NCBI GenBank assembly: GCA_965277715.1
Contig: OZ255836.1
Location: forward strand, 1,440,001-1,504,000
Origin: Gammaproteobacteria bacterium
GTDB lineage: Bacteria > Pseudomonadota > Gammaproteobacteria > JBCCGL01
Direction of reading: 5' to 3'
DNA length: 64,000 bases
Position numbers and translations under genes: made by a program. Positions 9,582-20,575 of the stretch are shown here, piece after piece. The first letter of the stretch is position 1. Every line of letters begins with the position of its first letter. The notes below the pieces were generated by a model. The model saw nothing but the letters and a program-made list of their open reading frames with translations. It did no database searches and had not been told where the DNA came from.

Positions 9582-10019
9582 ATGTCAACCCTGCCCACAT
9601 CGCTACCAAAAGCCAGCTTGATAAAACGCTTTGCCGCTTTTTTCTACGATTTACTCTTACTCACAGCAATTTACCTTCTAATCGGAGCCTGCGCTGTTAC
9701 ACTCAATCGCGGTGAATCGGTGCCATTATCCTGGTCACTGGTTATTTCACTGGGTATATTTCCATTGACAGCCTTCTTATTTTACGCCTGGTTCTGGCGT
9801 CGTGGCGGCCAGACACTGGGTATGCAGGCATGGCGATTAACACTAATAGCCGATTCCGGCCCAATCACCCTGACCCACTGCCTATCCCGCTACTGTGTAT
9901 CGATCTTGAGCCTTGCCTGCATCGGGTTGGGTTTTTTCTGGATATGGCTTGATAAACACCATCGCAGTTGGCAGGACATTGCCTCTCATTCACACATTTA
10001 TCAGCTACCCAAGCCTTAG
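9582..10019 (+). CDS. RDD family membrane protein
   Basis: KRFAAFFYD, GQTLGMQAWRL, WQDIAS; sits next to lptG, as is common. Confidence 0.85.
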   Translation: MSTLPTSLPKASLIKRFAAFFYDLLLLTAIYLLIGACAVTLNRGESVPLSWSLVISLGIFPLTAFLFYAWFWRRGGQTLGMQAWRLTLIADSGPITLTHCLSRYCVSILSLACIGLGFFWIWLDKHHRSWQDIASHSHIYQLPKP

Positions 10020-10251
10020 TTGACAGGCGCTCAAATCTTTTAATCTTTAAGATAAAAACACAGGTGCCATTCAGCACAACCGAATTAGCTAACTCCATCG
10101 GCACAAACACCGGGACTACTCTGAGGTTGGCACAAGAGATAAGGAGAGAAGTTGGGGTGAACGCTCACAGGTGTTCGCTTTAGTGCTCATAGAAGAAGTA
10201 AATAAGAACACCATGCTATAGTGTTAAACAGTGAACCCAAGCGCATTTTTG

Positions 10252-10346
10252 ATTACTTTTTGTGCCCCAGCATTAATTTGTTGGGGGCAAATTAACGCGA
10301 AACCCCGAATGGGCGAGACACAGGGAAGCGCCGAACAAAAAGTAAT
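10252..10346. repeat. nested palindromic (MITE/REP-like) element
   Basis: 12-bp inverted repeat ATTACTTTTTGT / ACAAAAAGTAAT enclosing a TTAATTTG..CAAATTAA hairpin and a CAGGGAAG motif. Confidence 0.5.
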
Positions 10347-10420
10347 TCGCCCGCCTGCAAAAGAGTAAAGCCCCCATACACCACGAGTGAAACCTCTAAA
10401 CCACCTACCTAACACCTCTC

Positions 10421-11485
10421 CTAAGCAACCCTACGCACTCCAAAAAACCCAACAACCCCCACCAAAATCACTGGGAAAAAAGCCCCAAAAAAGCCATGCA
10501 AGCCAAGCACCAGCCCCAACTGACTAGACACCTTGCTCAACAACAAAAACCCAACCCCAATCAAGCTACCAACAAAAATACGCTGCCCACCGCTACTGAC
10601 ACGTTGCGAACCAAACACAAATGGCAGTGCAATTAAAAACATCACAATACTCGAAACGGGTACTGAAAGTTTTGACCAAAATGCCAGTTCATAAGTCGAT
10701 GATTGCAGTTGATTCTGTTTAAGGTAGCGAACATTCTCATACAGCTCACTCGCTGACAACATTTCCGGCTGCAACGACAATGCATGCAATACATCTGGAT
10801 TTAGCAGTGTGCGCTGCTGCTGAGAAGCGTATTGCTCAACAAACAGCTCACCCTCTTCAAACCGACTGGTTTCCACCTGTTTAAGCTGCCATCCCTTTTC
10901 AGGGTGATAGTTCGCCGAATTTGCACGCACTAATTTAAGCAAGGTATTCCCCCGGTACTCATAGATATTCACACCGCGTAAATTGAGCCCAGGCAACACC
11001 CGCTGAACATTGATAAATCGCTCGCCTTCGCGCAGCCATAAACCACTCGCACCTTTAATCGAAATACCCTGTGCCGCCGTATTTAAGCGCAAACGGCTCG
11101 CATATGCCTCGCTTTGCGGCACCACCCACTCGCCCAACGAAAACACCGCTGTTGCCAATACAATCCCGACAAACACCAGCGGGCGGGCAATACGCACTAA
11201 AGACATACCCACACTGCGTATTACAATCAACTCGCTGTTATTTGCCAGCGCCCCCAAGCCTAACAGCGCACCCAGCAACACAGCGGTAGACATCATTTCA
11301 TACACGCTATTGGGGATACGCAAGGCAATATTCAATACTAATTGGTTGAAGTCGTAACCGTCCTGCCCAATATCATCGAGCTGGCGTACAAAAGCGAATA
11401 AACGGTCAAGCGCGATCAGTATTAATAGCACCAAAACCGTATTAAGTAATACGACCTTAGCCAAATAACGATCAATGGTATTCAT
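10421..11485 (-). CDS. lptG: LPS export ABC permease LptG
   Basis: IDRYL N-terminus, LANNSELIVIRSVG, GLWLREG; paired with lptF. Confidence 0.92.
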   Translation of the reverse strand: MNTIDRYLAKVVLLNTVLVLLILIALDRLFAFVRQLDDIGQDGYDFNQLVLNIALRIPNSVYEMMSTAVLLGALLGLGALANNSELIVIRSVGMSLVRIARPLVFVGIVLATAVFSLGEWVVPQSEAYASRLRLNTAAQGISIKGASGLWLREGERFINVQRVLPGLNLRGVNIYEYRGNTLLKLVRANSANYHPEKGWQLKQVETSRFEEGELFVEQYASQQQRTLLNPDVLHALSLQPEMLSASELYENVRYLKQNQLQSSTYELAFWSKLSVPVSSIVMFLIALPFVFGSQRVSSGGQRIFVGSLIGVGFLLLSKVSSQLGLVLGLHGFFGAFFPVILVGVVGFFGVRRVA

Positions 11486-12582
11486 GTTGCCGACGCTTTT
11501 ACACGTTTAAAAAAACGCACATTATTAGTGTGCCGCAACAGAAATAATGCGAGCATAAACAGTAATATGTGCACCCACCACAACCCTAGCCATGCCGGTA
11601 TTTGTTCAGTGGCAATCCACTTACGACTCAGCACCAGTAAATTGGTATAGGCGATGTAGATTAAAATGGCGATGGCCACTTTTCCATAACGCCCTTTGCG
11701 CGGTGAGGTATGTGATAAAGGCAATGCCAGAAAAGCCAGCAGGGGGGCAGCAAACGGAATGCCAATACGCCAATAAAACTCAGCGCGGTCTGCTGGCGCT
11801 GTCGAATAAATTAAATCCAGCGTGGGTTTTTCCAAACGCTTAATAGTCGATGATGAACCACCTTCTTTCGGCACCAAAACACCATGCTTGGCAAATTCAA
11901 TCACCTGATGCCCTTTCTCCCCTACTCCCAGGGTCGTGCGCTCACCGTCGACAAACACCAGATACTGTTCACCACTTTTCTGATCAAATTGATAGTGCGC
12001 AGAGCTGGCTCTTTCCAATGCCTCATGCCCATCGGAGGTTTTCTGGCGCAAAAAGACGCCCTGCATCAAATCACCTTCAGGCAATGTTTGTGCGAACATC
12101 ACGAGATTACCGTTTTGTGACTCAACGAATTTTCCCTCACGCATCAGCGCGACAAGGTTATTGACGCTGGTATCGGCTTTGATGGTTTGCTCCCAGTTTT
12201 CTGCCCACGGTGAAACCAATGTGGTAAGTGGCAGGGTAATTAAAATGCCCAGAAAACCCAACACAAGCACCGGCCTGTATAACCTTTTTACCCCGACACC
12301 GCAGGCTGACAATACAACCATTTCACTATCCTGGTATAAACGACCCAGCCCCAGGATAATGCCAAGATATAATCCCAAAGGTACAATGGTGACCAGTAAA
12401 TTTATCGATGTTGCCACTAACAATGGCAACACCACATCGACACTCAACTGGCCACCTGCCGCCTTGACCAGAACGCGTAACAGTGCGTGACTAATCATAA
12501 TCGCAAACAATACCAGCGTAACAGCCATCCATGAAAATGCCCCTTCACGAAATAAATATCGATCAATAACAGGAATATGCAC
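11482..12582 (-). CDS. lptF: LPS export ABC permease LptF
   Basis: GRLYQDSEMVVLSACG, PRKGRY; divergent from pepA. Confidence 0.92.
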   Translation of the reverse strand: MHIPVIDRYLFREGAFSWMAVTLVLFAIMISHALLRVLVKAAGGQLSVDVVLPLLVATSINLLVTIVPLGLYLGIILGLGRLYQDSEMVVLSACGVGVKRLYRPVLVLGFLGILITLPLTTLVSPWAENWEQTIKADTSVNNLVALMREGKFVESQNGNLVMFAQTLPEGDLMQGVFLRQKTSDGHEALERASSAHYQFDQKSGEQYLVFVDGERTTLGVGEKGHQVIEFAKHGVLVPKEGGSSSTIKRLEKPTLDLIYSTAPADRAEFYWRIGIPFAAPLLAFLALPLSHTSPRKGRYGKVAIAILIYIAYTNLLVLSRKWIATEQIPAWLGLWWVHILLFMLALFLLRHTNNVRFFKRVKASAT

Positions 12583-12783
12583 AGTGAGGTCAGCTATGCT
12601 TGATTGTATGTTTCATGGGATTGGGCCACAGCATGAGTAAGCGTGTATTATATGTTGAATAAGACGATGCATCCTACGTTAGTTTTTCCGGGTTGTTTTT
12701 CCGGGCTAAACAGGCTGCCCCGGATATACTTCAATTTACTCGATTATTTTACATAAATTTATTTCTATTTTAGAGGGGTCATT

Positions 12784-14271
12784 ATGGAGATTGTGGTTAA
12801 AAGTAGTGCTATCGATAAGCTGCGTGGCGACTGTATTGTCGTTGGGGTACATACCGGCGCCGGGTTATCCGTGGCGGCTGAGGCACTCAATCAGCTCAGT
12901 GGCGGGTATATCTGTAAAATACTTAAAAAAGGCGACATTGACGGCGAGCACGGCCAGTTACTCTGGCTACACAATGTGCCCAATGTAATGGCAGACCGGG
13001 TTTTATTGGTCGGCTGTGGCAAAACCGGCAGTATGGCAGGTGGGCGGTTTTATAAAACCTGTGGCGTTGTTGCCAAGGCATTGGAGTCCAGCGGAGTTGG
13101 TGAAGCGGGTTCCTACCTGGCCGAGGTGGATGTCGATGACCACGACATTACCTGGAAGATGAAACAGGCAGCGCTAGCCTCTAAAAACGCGGTGTACCGC
13201 TTTGACCAGCTCAAGAGCAACCCTAAAAAACCGCGCAAACCACTCAAAAAACTGGCGCTGGTGTCGACCCAAAAAATGGCGTTGGCCAAGGCAAAAAAAG
13301 CGGTCGAAAACGCATGTGGCATCGCTAACGGCATGTCACTGACCAAAGACCTGGGCAACCTGCCCGCTAATATTTGTAACCCCAACTATCTGGCAAAACA
13401 GGCGCAAGCACTCAAAAAACAATACCCTAAGCTCAAAGTTAAAATTGCCGAGGAAGCCGAAATGAAAAAACTTGGCATGGGTTCACTGCTGTCTGTTTCG
13501 CAGGGCAGTAAACAGCCCGCCAAATTAATTATCATGCAACACAACGGTGGAAAAACCAGCGAAAAACCCATCGTGCTGGTAGGTAAAGCCGTGACATTTG
13601 ATACCGGCGGTATTTCCCTAAAACCCGCTGCGGGAATGGATGAAATGAAGTTTGATATGTGTGGCGGCGCCAGTGTTTTTGGGGCGATGGCCGCCTGCGC
13701 AGAGTTGCAACTAGCGTGTAATGTCGTCGGCATTGTGCCCGCGACTGAAAATATGCCGGGCAGCCAGGCCACCCGTCCGGGGGATGTTTATACCACTATG
13801 TCGGGGCAAACCGTCGAAGTGCTCAATACCGACGCTGAGGGCCGTTTGATTTTATGTGACGCCCTGACTTATGCAGAGCGCTTCAAGCCCAAAGCCGTCA
13901 TTGATATCGCCACGTTGACCGGGGCTTGCGTCATTGCACTGGGGCACCATGCCGCTGCGGTGTATAGCAACCAACAGGCACTGGCCGATAAATTACTCAA
14001 AGCCGGTACAGACAGTGAGGACCGCTGCTGGCAAATGCCGCTGTGGGATGACTATCAATCACAACTCGACAGTAATTTTGCCGATATTGCCAATATCGGT
14101 GGGCGCGATGCCGGTAGTATTACGGCGGCCTGTTTTTTATCCCGTTTTGCTAAAAATTATCACTGGGCGCACCTTGATATCGCTGGCGTGGCGTGGCATT
14201 CAGGCAAAAATAAAGGTGCAACGGGTAGGCCTGTTGGTTTATTGATGGAGTACCTGTTTACGCATGTTTAG
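12784..14271 (+). CDS. pepA: leucyl aminopeptidase PepA
   Basis: GKAVTFDTGGISLKP, MKFDMCG, NTDAEGRL. Confidence 0.96.
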   Translation: MEIVVKSSAIDKLRGDCIVVGVHTGAGLSVAAEALNQLSGGYICKILKKGDIDGEHGQLLWLHNVPNVMADRVLLVGCGKTGSMAGGRFYKTCGVVAKALESSGVGEAGSYLAEVDVDDHDITWKMKQAALASKNAVYRFDQLKSNPKKPRKPLKKLALVSTQKMALAKAKKAVENACGIANGMSLTKDLGNLPANICNPNYLAKQAQALKKQYPKLKVKIAEEAEMKKLGMGSLLSVSQGSKQPAKLIIMQHNGGKTSEKPIVLVGKAVTFDTGGISLKPAAGMDEMKFDMCGGASVFGAMAACAELQLACNVVGIVPATENMPGSQATRPGDVYTTMSGQTVEVLNTDAEGRLILCDALTYAERFKPKAVIDIATLTGACVIALGHHAAAVYSNQQALADKLLKAGTDSEDRCWQMPLWDDYQSQLDSNFADIANIGGRDAGSITAACFLSRFAKNYHWAHLDIAGVAWHSGKNKGATGRPVGLLMEYLFTHV

Positions 14272-14282
14272 GCCAATAACCT

Positions 14283-14735
14283 ATGACAAAAATAGAGTTT
14301 CTGTTACTCGCCGATAACACGCAGCCCAGCGATGTCTATAATATTATCTATCAGCGAACACGTTTCGCCAGTGAACAGGGTGGTGTGTATATTCACACAC
14401 AAAATGAAACAGAAAGCCGGGCGCTCGATACGCACCTGAGCGCTATACAGCCCGATGTGCCTGTTTCATACAAAGTGACCGAAAACCTGGCGCCAGAGGG
14501 GCGCCAGGTAGTGATCGGCATAGATGACGCCAAAATATTCATTGGTTCGCAATGCGAGCCAGATGGCAGTCACAGTACGCTGGTGAGTACTAGTGTCGAC
14601 ATACCCTGGTTTTTTAGTCGCTTTGACTATTTTATTGAGTTGGTACAAGCGGGCGAAAAAGCCCGTACAATGGGCCGGGAGCGCTACTTGTATTACAAAC
14701 GCAGAGGTTACCCGTTGCAGCACAAACAACTTTAG
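14283..14735 (+). CDS. holC: DNA polymerase III chi subunit (divergent)
   Basis: MTKIEFLLL start, FFSRFD..IELV, GRERYLYYKRRGYPL; pepA-holC-valS synteny. Confidence 0.8.
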   Translation: MTKIEFLLLADNTQPSDVYNIIYQRTRFASEQGGVYIHTQNETESRALDTHLSAIQPDVPVSYKVTENLAPEGRQVVIGIDDAKIFIGSQCEPDGSHSTLVSTSVDIPWFFSRFDYFIELVQAGEKARTMGRERYLYYKRRGYPLQHKQL

Positions 14736-14746
14736 GTATCTTGGTT

Positions 14747-15178
14747 ATGCCCTCATCACATACTACTGACGACAATGATGAATTCCCTATTCTCACCGAT
14801 GTGGTGAAAACAGATAGCCCCGCAGAGGCCAATACAGCACAGCAACGCCATACGAATGAGAACGACACCGATACACAAGACGACCCGGTAATATTCATAC
14901 CGGCAGCTCGCCGTTTGGATAAACCGGACAGCCCAACCTCAGCGTACTCAAATAGAATCAGCCCGGTTAAAGAAAGCCATACCTTAAGAAGCCAAATCCA
15001 GGAAAACCCCTCCCTGGAAAACCGGGCAATTCACAACACACGCCCATTGCACATGAAAAAAGAAAGTAATTTGGCATCGCCTGGTGCACCACTCGAACAA
15101 CTTGTCGAGCAAATCATCGAGCGACATGCCAAGCAAATGCGCTACGAGTTACTCGCCGTTATTAAGCTTCACGGTTAG
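14747..15178 (+). CDS. hypothetical protein (FPILTDVV N-terminal motif, typical of genes following holC)
   Basis: Co-oriented ORF with a disordered middle and a helical C-terminus. Confidence 0.55.
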   Translation: MPSSHTTDDNDEFPILTDVVKTDSPAEANTAQQRHTNENDTDTQDDPVIFIPAARRLDKPDSPTSAYSNRISPVKESHTLRSQIQENPSLENRAIHNTRPLHMKKESNLASPGAPLEQLVEQIIERHAKQMRYELLAVIKLHG

Positions 15179-15298
15179 GAAAATAATACCCCTTAAGGAT
15201 TCTCTCCGATGACCGATATCTAACAGGCGATAGCATCAACTGATCTTAGGTTGAGTTTCACGCTATTCTTTATTAATCGTGTGTTTTGGAGTTATTCG

Positions 15299-15712
15299 AT
15301 GACCCTGCGTATTACCTTAGCTATTCTCTGTTTGCTATTAACGCCACTGGCAACCGCTGGCGAAAATGAAGAGGAAAAGGGACTGTTCAAAGCCAAACCG
15401 ATTTACGTCAGTATGCTGCCACACTTTCTAGTCAATCTGGATGACAGGCAAACACAGCGTTTTATGCAGATAAAAGCCAACACGCTGGTTGCCAACAAGA
15501 ATACAGAAAAATCGCTAAAACTGCATATGCCCGCTGTCCGGCACGGTATTTTGATGATGCTAAGCCACCTCACGCCCGATGATGTTCGCACCTCAGAGCA
15601 AAAGGAAGCATTGCGCCAGGAAATTACCGAAATTATCCGCGTTACACTGCGCGAGTTATCGGATCACGACGATGTAAAGGGTTTTTATATCACCAGCGTC
15701 GTCACCCAATAG
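15299..15712 (+). CDS. FliL-family protein (outside any flagellar cluster)
   Basis: N-terminal hydrophobic segment, FLVNL, HMPAVRH, QKEALRQE, FYITSVVTQ. Confidence 0.8.
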   Translation: MTLRITLAILCLLLTPLATAGENEEEKGLFKAKPIYVSMLPHFLVNLDDRQTQRFMQIKANTLVANKNTEKSLKLHMPAVRHGILMMLSHLTPDDVRTSEQKEALRQEITEIIRVTLRELSDHDDVKGFYITSVVTQ

Positions 15713-15899
15713 TTACCCACAATAATGACTCACAGTAGTTACCTGGACATCACCCAGACACCCCCATGAACCACCGGAAAAAGCTCGCCCCAACAGACTC
15801 ACTACAAACGCTGGTGAGAAAAGCAGGTTAAGGTTAAAATCCAGCGCTTTTGACGCCTGCAGGCGTTGCCCACTTGAAGAGACAGGCAAGCGCAATATA

Positions 15900-18710
15900 A
15901 TGGATAAAACCTACCAACCGCACGCAATAGAACAACGCTGGTACAGCGAGTGGGAACAACAGGGCTACTTTGCACCACAAGGTGGCGATACCCCCTATTG
16001 TATTATGATCCCCCCTCCCAATGTGACGGGTACATTGCATATGGGGCATGCCTTTCAAGATACGATCATGGACACGCTTATCCGCTATCACCGTATGAAA
16101 GGTGATAATACACTGTGGCAACCGGGGTGTGACCATGCGGGCATTGCCACACAAATGGTGGTGGAGCGGCAGTTAAATGCGCAGGGGAAAAACCGCCACG
16201 ACCTGGGTCGCGATACGTTTATCGAGCGCGTATGGGAGTGGAAAGAGGAGTCTGGGGGCAATATCAGCCAGCAACTGCGGCGCATGGGCACCTCACCCGA
16301 CTGGTCACGCGAACGTTTCACGATGGACGATGGGTTGTCTGTGGCGGTACGCAAAATGTTTATCGACCTGTATGACAAGGGCATCATCTATCGCGGTAAG
16401 CGACTGGTTAACTGGGACCCGGTACTGCACACCGCACTATCCGATCTCGAAGTGCTGAGCGAGGAAGAGTCCGGTCATTTATGGCATATGCGCTACCCAT
16501 TGAGTGATGGCAGTGGTCACCTGGTAGTCGCCACTACACGCCCGGAAACCATGCTCGGCGATACCGCCGTTGCCGTTCATCCCGATGACTCACGCTATGC
16601 CGATCTCATCGGTAAAACCATCACGCTGCCGCTGGTGGGGCGTGAGATAATCATCGTTGCCGACGACTATGTCGACCCTGAATTTGGCAGCGGTTGCGTC
16701 AAAATCACCCCGGCACACGACTTTAACGATTATGCACTGGGCCAGCGGCACAATCTGGAGATTATCAACATATTCACCGATGATGCCGCCATCAATGTAT
16801 CGGCCCCCGAACAGTATCGTGGGTTGGATCGCTACCAGGCACGCAAGCAGATTGTTGCCGATCTCGACGCCGCCGGGCTGCTGGAAAAAATCGACACGCA
16901 CAAACTGATGGTGCCTCGCGGTGATCGCAGCAATGCAGTTGTCGAACCTTATTTGACCGATCAGTGGTATGTCGATCTCACCCAGGAAACCCAACAGGAT
17001 GGCCGCCCTGGCGGTAAAACTCTGATTACCGACCCCGCCATCGAATGCGTGCGCGATGGGCGTATTCAGTTTGTCCCCGGGAATTGGCGTAAAACATATT
17101 ACAGCTGGTTAGAAAATATTCAGGATTGGTGTATCTCGCGGCAAATCTGGTGGGGCCACCGCATCCCGGCCTGGTACGACGCAGAGGGCACTCTCTATGT
17201 CGCTGAAGATGAGGCCAGTGCGCGCAAAAAATACCGTCTCGCAGACAGCCTGGTACTCACCCGGGACAACGATGTACTCGATACCTGGTTTAGCTCGGCG
17301 CTATGGCCCTTTTCGACCCTGGGCTGGCCAGACAACACCACCGCGCTGCAAACCTTCTACCCCACCTCGGTGCTGGTCACCGGCTTCGACATTATCTTCT
17401 TTTGGGTGGCACGCATGATCATGTTCGGCCTGGTGGCGATGGACGGTGTTGTACCTTTCCACCAAGTCTATATTCACGGCCTGGTGCGTGACGCCAACGG
17501 CGCGAAAATGTCTAAATCCAAAGGCAATATTATCGACCCGCTGGACATTATCGATGGTATTGAGCTGGAGCCGCTGGTCGCCAAACGAACGGGCAATATG
17601 ATGCAGCCACACCTGGCCGCCAAAATTGAAAGGGAAACCCGTGCCGAATTCCCGGACGGTATTCCCAGCTACGGCACCGATGCACTGCGCTTCACCTTCG
17701 CCTCACTGGCTTCTACCGGGCGCGATGTACGCTTCGATCTAAAGCGCGTCGAAGGCTACCGGAATTTTTGTAACAAATTGTGGAACGCCAGCCGCTACGT
17801 GATGATGAATGTCGAGGGGCCGGATGTTGGGTTGGGCGATGGGTCGTGTGAACTCTCGTTGGCTGACCGCTGGATTGTTTCCCAATTGCAGCGTACCGAG
17901 GCCGATATTCACACGCATTTCGACAGCTACCGCTTTGACCTCGCTGCACACGCCATCTACGAATTCACCTGGAACGAATATTGTGACTGGTATCTGGAGC
18001 TGGCCAAGCCCACGCTGTTGGGTGAGAGCAGTGCAGCACAAAAACAGGGCACCCGGCGCACCCTGGTGCGTGTACTTGGCGCTATTTTACGTCTCTGCCA
18101 TCCACTGATGCCCTATATCACTGAAGAGCTGTGGCAACGCATCGGGCCACTCAGTGGCAGTGGCAGTGGCAGCAGCAGTATCATGCTGGCGCCTTACCCG
18201 GTCGCACAGCCGGAAAAAATCGATACCGATGCGGAGTCGGATATTGAGTGGGTTAAGCACGTCATTATGGGGGTGCGTAAGATCCGCTCAGAAATGGATA
18301 TTCCCCCCGGTAAACCGCTACCGTTGATACTCGATGGGGGTTCTGACCAAGACCGTAGTCGGGAATTAACTCATCAGGCATTGCTCAAAGCGCTGGCAAA
18401 AATTGAATCTATTCACTGGTTGCAAGCGGGGCAGGAAGCACCTGAATCGGCGATAACACTGGTCGGTGATTTAAAACTACTGATTCCCCTGCGTGGGCTG
18501 ATCAATAAAGAAGACGAAATCGTGCGTCTGAAGAAGGAAATGGCTAAGCTGGATGCTGAGCTGAAACGACTCGGTGGCAAGCTCGGCAACCAGCAGTTTA
18601 CCTCGCGTGCCCCGCAAGCGGTGGTCGACAAAGAGCGCGAACGACTGGCTGAAACAACCGGCGCCCACGAAAAATTACAAAAACAACTGGACAAAATACA
18701 GGCTTTATAA
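15900..18710 (+). CDS. valS: valine--tRNA ligase
   Basis: [13 protein letters not shown] (HIGH) and KMSKS motifs, C-terminal coiled coil. Confidence 0.98.
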   Translation: MDKTYQPHAIEQRWYSEWEQQGYFAPQGGDTPYCIMIPPPNVTGTLHMGHAFQDTIMDTLIRYHRMKGDNTLWQPGCDHAGIATQMVVERQLNAQGKNRHDLGRDTFIERVWEWKEESGGNISQQLRRMGTSPDWSRERFTMDDGLSVAVRKMFIDLYDKGIIYRGKRLVNWDPVLHTALSDLEVLSEEESGHLWHMRYPLSDGSGHLVVATTRPETMLGDTAVAVHPDDSRYADLIGKTITLPLVGREIIIVADDYVDPEFGSGCVKITPAHDFNDYALGQRHNLEIINIFTDDAAINVSAPEQYRGLDRYQARKQIVADLDAAGLLEKIDTHKLMVPRGDRSNAVVEPYLTDQWYVDLTQETQQDGRPGGKTLITDPAIECVRDGRIQFVPGNWRKTYYSWLENIQDWCISRQIWWGHRIPAWYDAEGTLYVAEDEASARKKYRLADSLVLTRDNDVLDTWFSSALWPFSTLGWPDNTTALQTFYPTSVLVTGFDIIFFWVARMIMFGLVAMDGVVPFHQVYIHGLVRDANGAKMSKSKGNIIDPLDIIDGIELEPLVAKRTGNMMQPHLAAKIERETRAEFPDGIPSYGTDALRFTFASLASTGRDVRFDLKRVEGYRNFCNKLWNASRYVMMNVEGPDVGLGDGSCELSLADRWIVSQLQRTEADIHTHFDSYRFDLAAHAIYEFTWNEYCDWYLELAKPTLLGESSAAQKQGTRRTLVRVLGAILRLCHPLMPYITEELWQRIGPLSGSGSGSSSIMLAPYPVAQPEKIDTDAESDIEWVKHVIMGVRKIRSEMDIPPGKPLPLILDGGSDQDRSRELTHQALLKALAKIESIHWLQAGQEAPESAITLVGDLKLLIPLRGLINKEDEIVRLKKEMAKLDAELKRLGGKLGNQQFTSRAPQAVVDKERERLAETTGAHEKLQKQLDKIQAL

Positions 18711-18712
18711 CC

Positions 18713-19081
18713 ATGAGCAATATTCCCGATTTTGACGACGCCGAAATATGGGTGGTGAAATCCACCCTGCGAGAACGCTGGGAGGGCAATAACATTGAGT
18801 TGCATTTTGCCGATGTCGATATCAGTGTAGTGCCCGGTTCAGTGGAAACCATGACCTGCCCGGCCATTGTATGGATGGCAGACGGCTGCAATTTTGTTGT
18901 CTTTAAAGTCGGTGATCAGCGCTTTCGCAATCAGTTTTTCTACCGTGTTAACGAACAGTTCGGCACGGGTATCGATGAGTATGACAATATTGGCGAGTGT
19001 GTCGTCACGCTCATCCGCCTACAGGCGGATCACGCCCGCGATGAAAAAATGCAACAGGAGGCAGATACTTCATGCGTATAA
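18713..19081 (+). CDS. conserved hypothetical protein
   Basis: 122 aa acidic ORF, tightly packed between valS and pfp and overlapping the pfp start by 10 bp. Confidence 0.7.
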   Translation: MSNIPDFDDAEIWVVKSTLRERWEGNNIELHFADVDISVVPGSVETMTCPAIVWMADGCNFVVFKVGDQRFRNQFFYRVNEQFGTGIDEYDNIGECVVTLIRLQADHARDEKMQQEADTSCV

Positions 19082-20325
19082 AAAATGCGTTTTACGCACA
19101 ATCCGGTGGCGTTACTGCGGTCATCAATGCCTCGGCTTGCGGGCTTATCCAAACGGCGCGTAATCACCGCGATAAAATAGGCACCGTCTACGCGGGCCGC
19201 AACGGCATTATCGGTGCACTGAGTGAAGATCTAATCGACACCAGCCTCGAATCTGATGCCGATATCGCCGCGTTGCGTCATACCCCCTCCGGCTGCTTTG
19301 GTTCCTGCCGTTACAAACTCAAAAGCCTCGAGGAGAACCAACGCGAATACCAACGTTTAATCGAGGTATTCAAGGCACATGATATCGGCTATTTCTTTTA
19401 CAACGGCGGGGGGGATTCCGCCGACACCTGCCACAAAATTTCCCTGCTATCAGAAAATCTGGGATTCCCGATTCAGGCCATTCATATTCCCAAAACGGTC
19501 GATAATGATTTACCGGTTACCGACAACTGCCCCGGTTTTGGCTCGGTGGCAAAATACATTGCTGTCTCTGCGTTAGAAGCCAGCCTGGATGTGCGTTCAA
19601 TGGCGAAAACCTCCACCAGAATATTCGTGCTGGAGGTGATGGGACGCCACGCCGGTTGGATTGCAGCAGCCGGTGGCTTGATCGAGGATCAGGGTATCCC
19701 TGTGGTCATCCTGTTTCCAGAGGTTGAGTTCGATCAGGATAAGTTCATTGCCGCCATACAGGCAAAAGTGGCGGCACAGGGGTTTTGTACCATTGTCGTC
19801 TCTGAGGGGGCGCACTGGCCCGATGGACGGTTTCTTGCCGAGCAGGGCAGTACCGATGCCTTTGGTCACGCACAACTGGGCGGTGCAGCACCGGTGGTGG
19901 CGAACATGATCAAGGCGGCAACCGGCCATAAATTTCACTGGGCGGTGGCTGATTATATGCAGCGTGCTGCACGCCATCTGGCCTCAAAGACCGATGTCGA
20001 GCAAGCCTATGCAATGGGCAGGGCCGCCGTAGAATTTGCCCTGGCAGGCGAGCGCGCCAGTATGCCAACCATTGTGCGTACCGCCGACTCACCCTATGCG
20101 TGGAAAGTAGGCAAAGCATCGCTGGCAGATATCGCCAATGTGGAAAAGTTTATGCCTGCACACTTTATCAGCGACGATGGTTTTGGTATCACCCCTGCCT
20201 GCAAAGCCTACTTGCTCCCCTTGATTCAGGGAGAGGATTACCCGCCTTATGAAAATGGCGTGCCTCGTTACGTCACGCTTAAGAATAAAAGCGTAAACAA
20301 AAAATTGGCCGTGTTTGACGTGTAA
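19072..20325 (+). CDS. pfp: 6-phosphofructokinase, PPi-dependent type
   Basis: QSGG, GGGDS and PKTVDND (the Asp/Lys PPi-specificity signature), EVMGR. Confidence 0.88.
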   Translation: MRIKNAFYAQSGGVTAVINASACGLIQTARNHRDKIGTVYAGRNGIIGALSEDLIDTSLESDADIAALRHTPSGCFGSCRYKLKSLEENQREYQRLIEVFKAHDIGYFFYNGGGDSADTCHKISLLSENLGFPIQAIHIPKTVDNDLPVTDNCPGFGSVAKYIAVSALEASLDVRSMAKTSTRIFVLEVMGRHAGWIAAAGGLIEDQGIPVVILFPEVEFDQDKFIAAIQAKVAAQGFCTIVVSEGAHWPDGRFLAEQGSTDAFGHAQLGGAAPVVANMIKAATGHKFHWAVADYMQRAARHLASKTDVEQAYAMGRAAVEFALAGERASMPTIVRTADSPYAWKVGKASLADIANVEKFMPAHFISDDGFGITPACKAYLLPLIQGEDYPPYENGVPRYVTLKNKSVNKKLAVFDV

Positions 20326-20330
20326 ACAGC

Positions 20331-20552
20331 TTACGCCGTGCTCAGCGCAAGCTGTACCAACCCCCAGACCACCAACAAAAACAACACCGTACCCGCCAAC
20401 CCAGCCACAATAAAGTGGATGGGTTTACCGTGCTTAAAGTCGCGTTCGCGATTGGCACTACTTTGCACGCCAAAACCGGCTGCCAGCACACTTTGCATTA
20501 CCGCCAAAAAACCTGTGCCCCGCCGTTCATCACTTGGTTGTTCGTCACTCAT
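20331..20552 (-). CDS. DUF2970-like small membrane protein
   Basis: SVLAAGFGVQSSANRERDF..GKP.HFI followed by a TM helix. Confidence 0.8.
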   Translation of the reverse strand: MSDEQPSDERRGTGFLAVMQSVLAAGFGVQSSANRERDFKHGKPIHFIVAGLAGTVLFLLVVWGLVQLALSTA

Positions 20553-20575
20553 GGATAAAAGACCTGTAAATTAAC

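Noticed and set aside
18151-18180. CAGTGG microsatellite in valS
   Set aside because: It is an in-frame Gly/Ser linker in a variable loop with no phase-variation potential.
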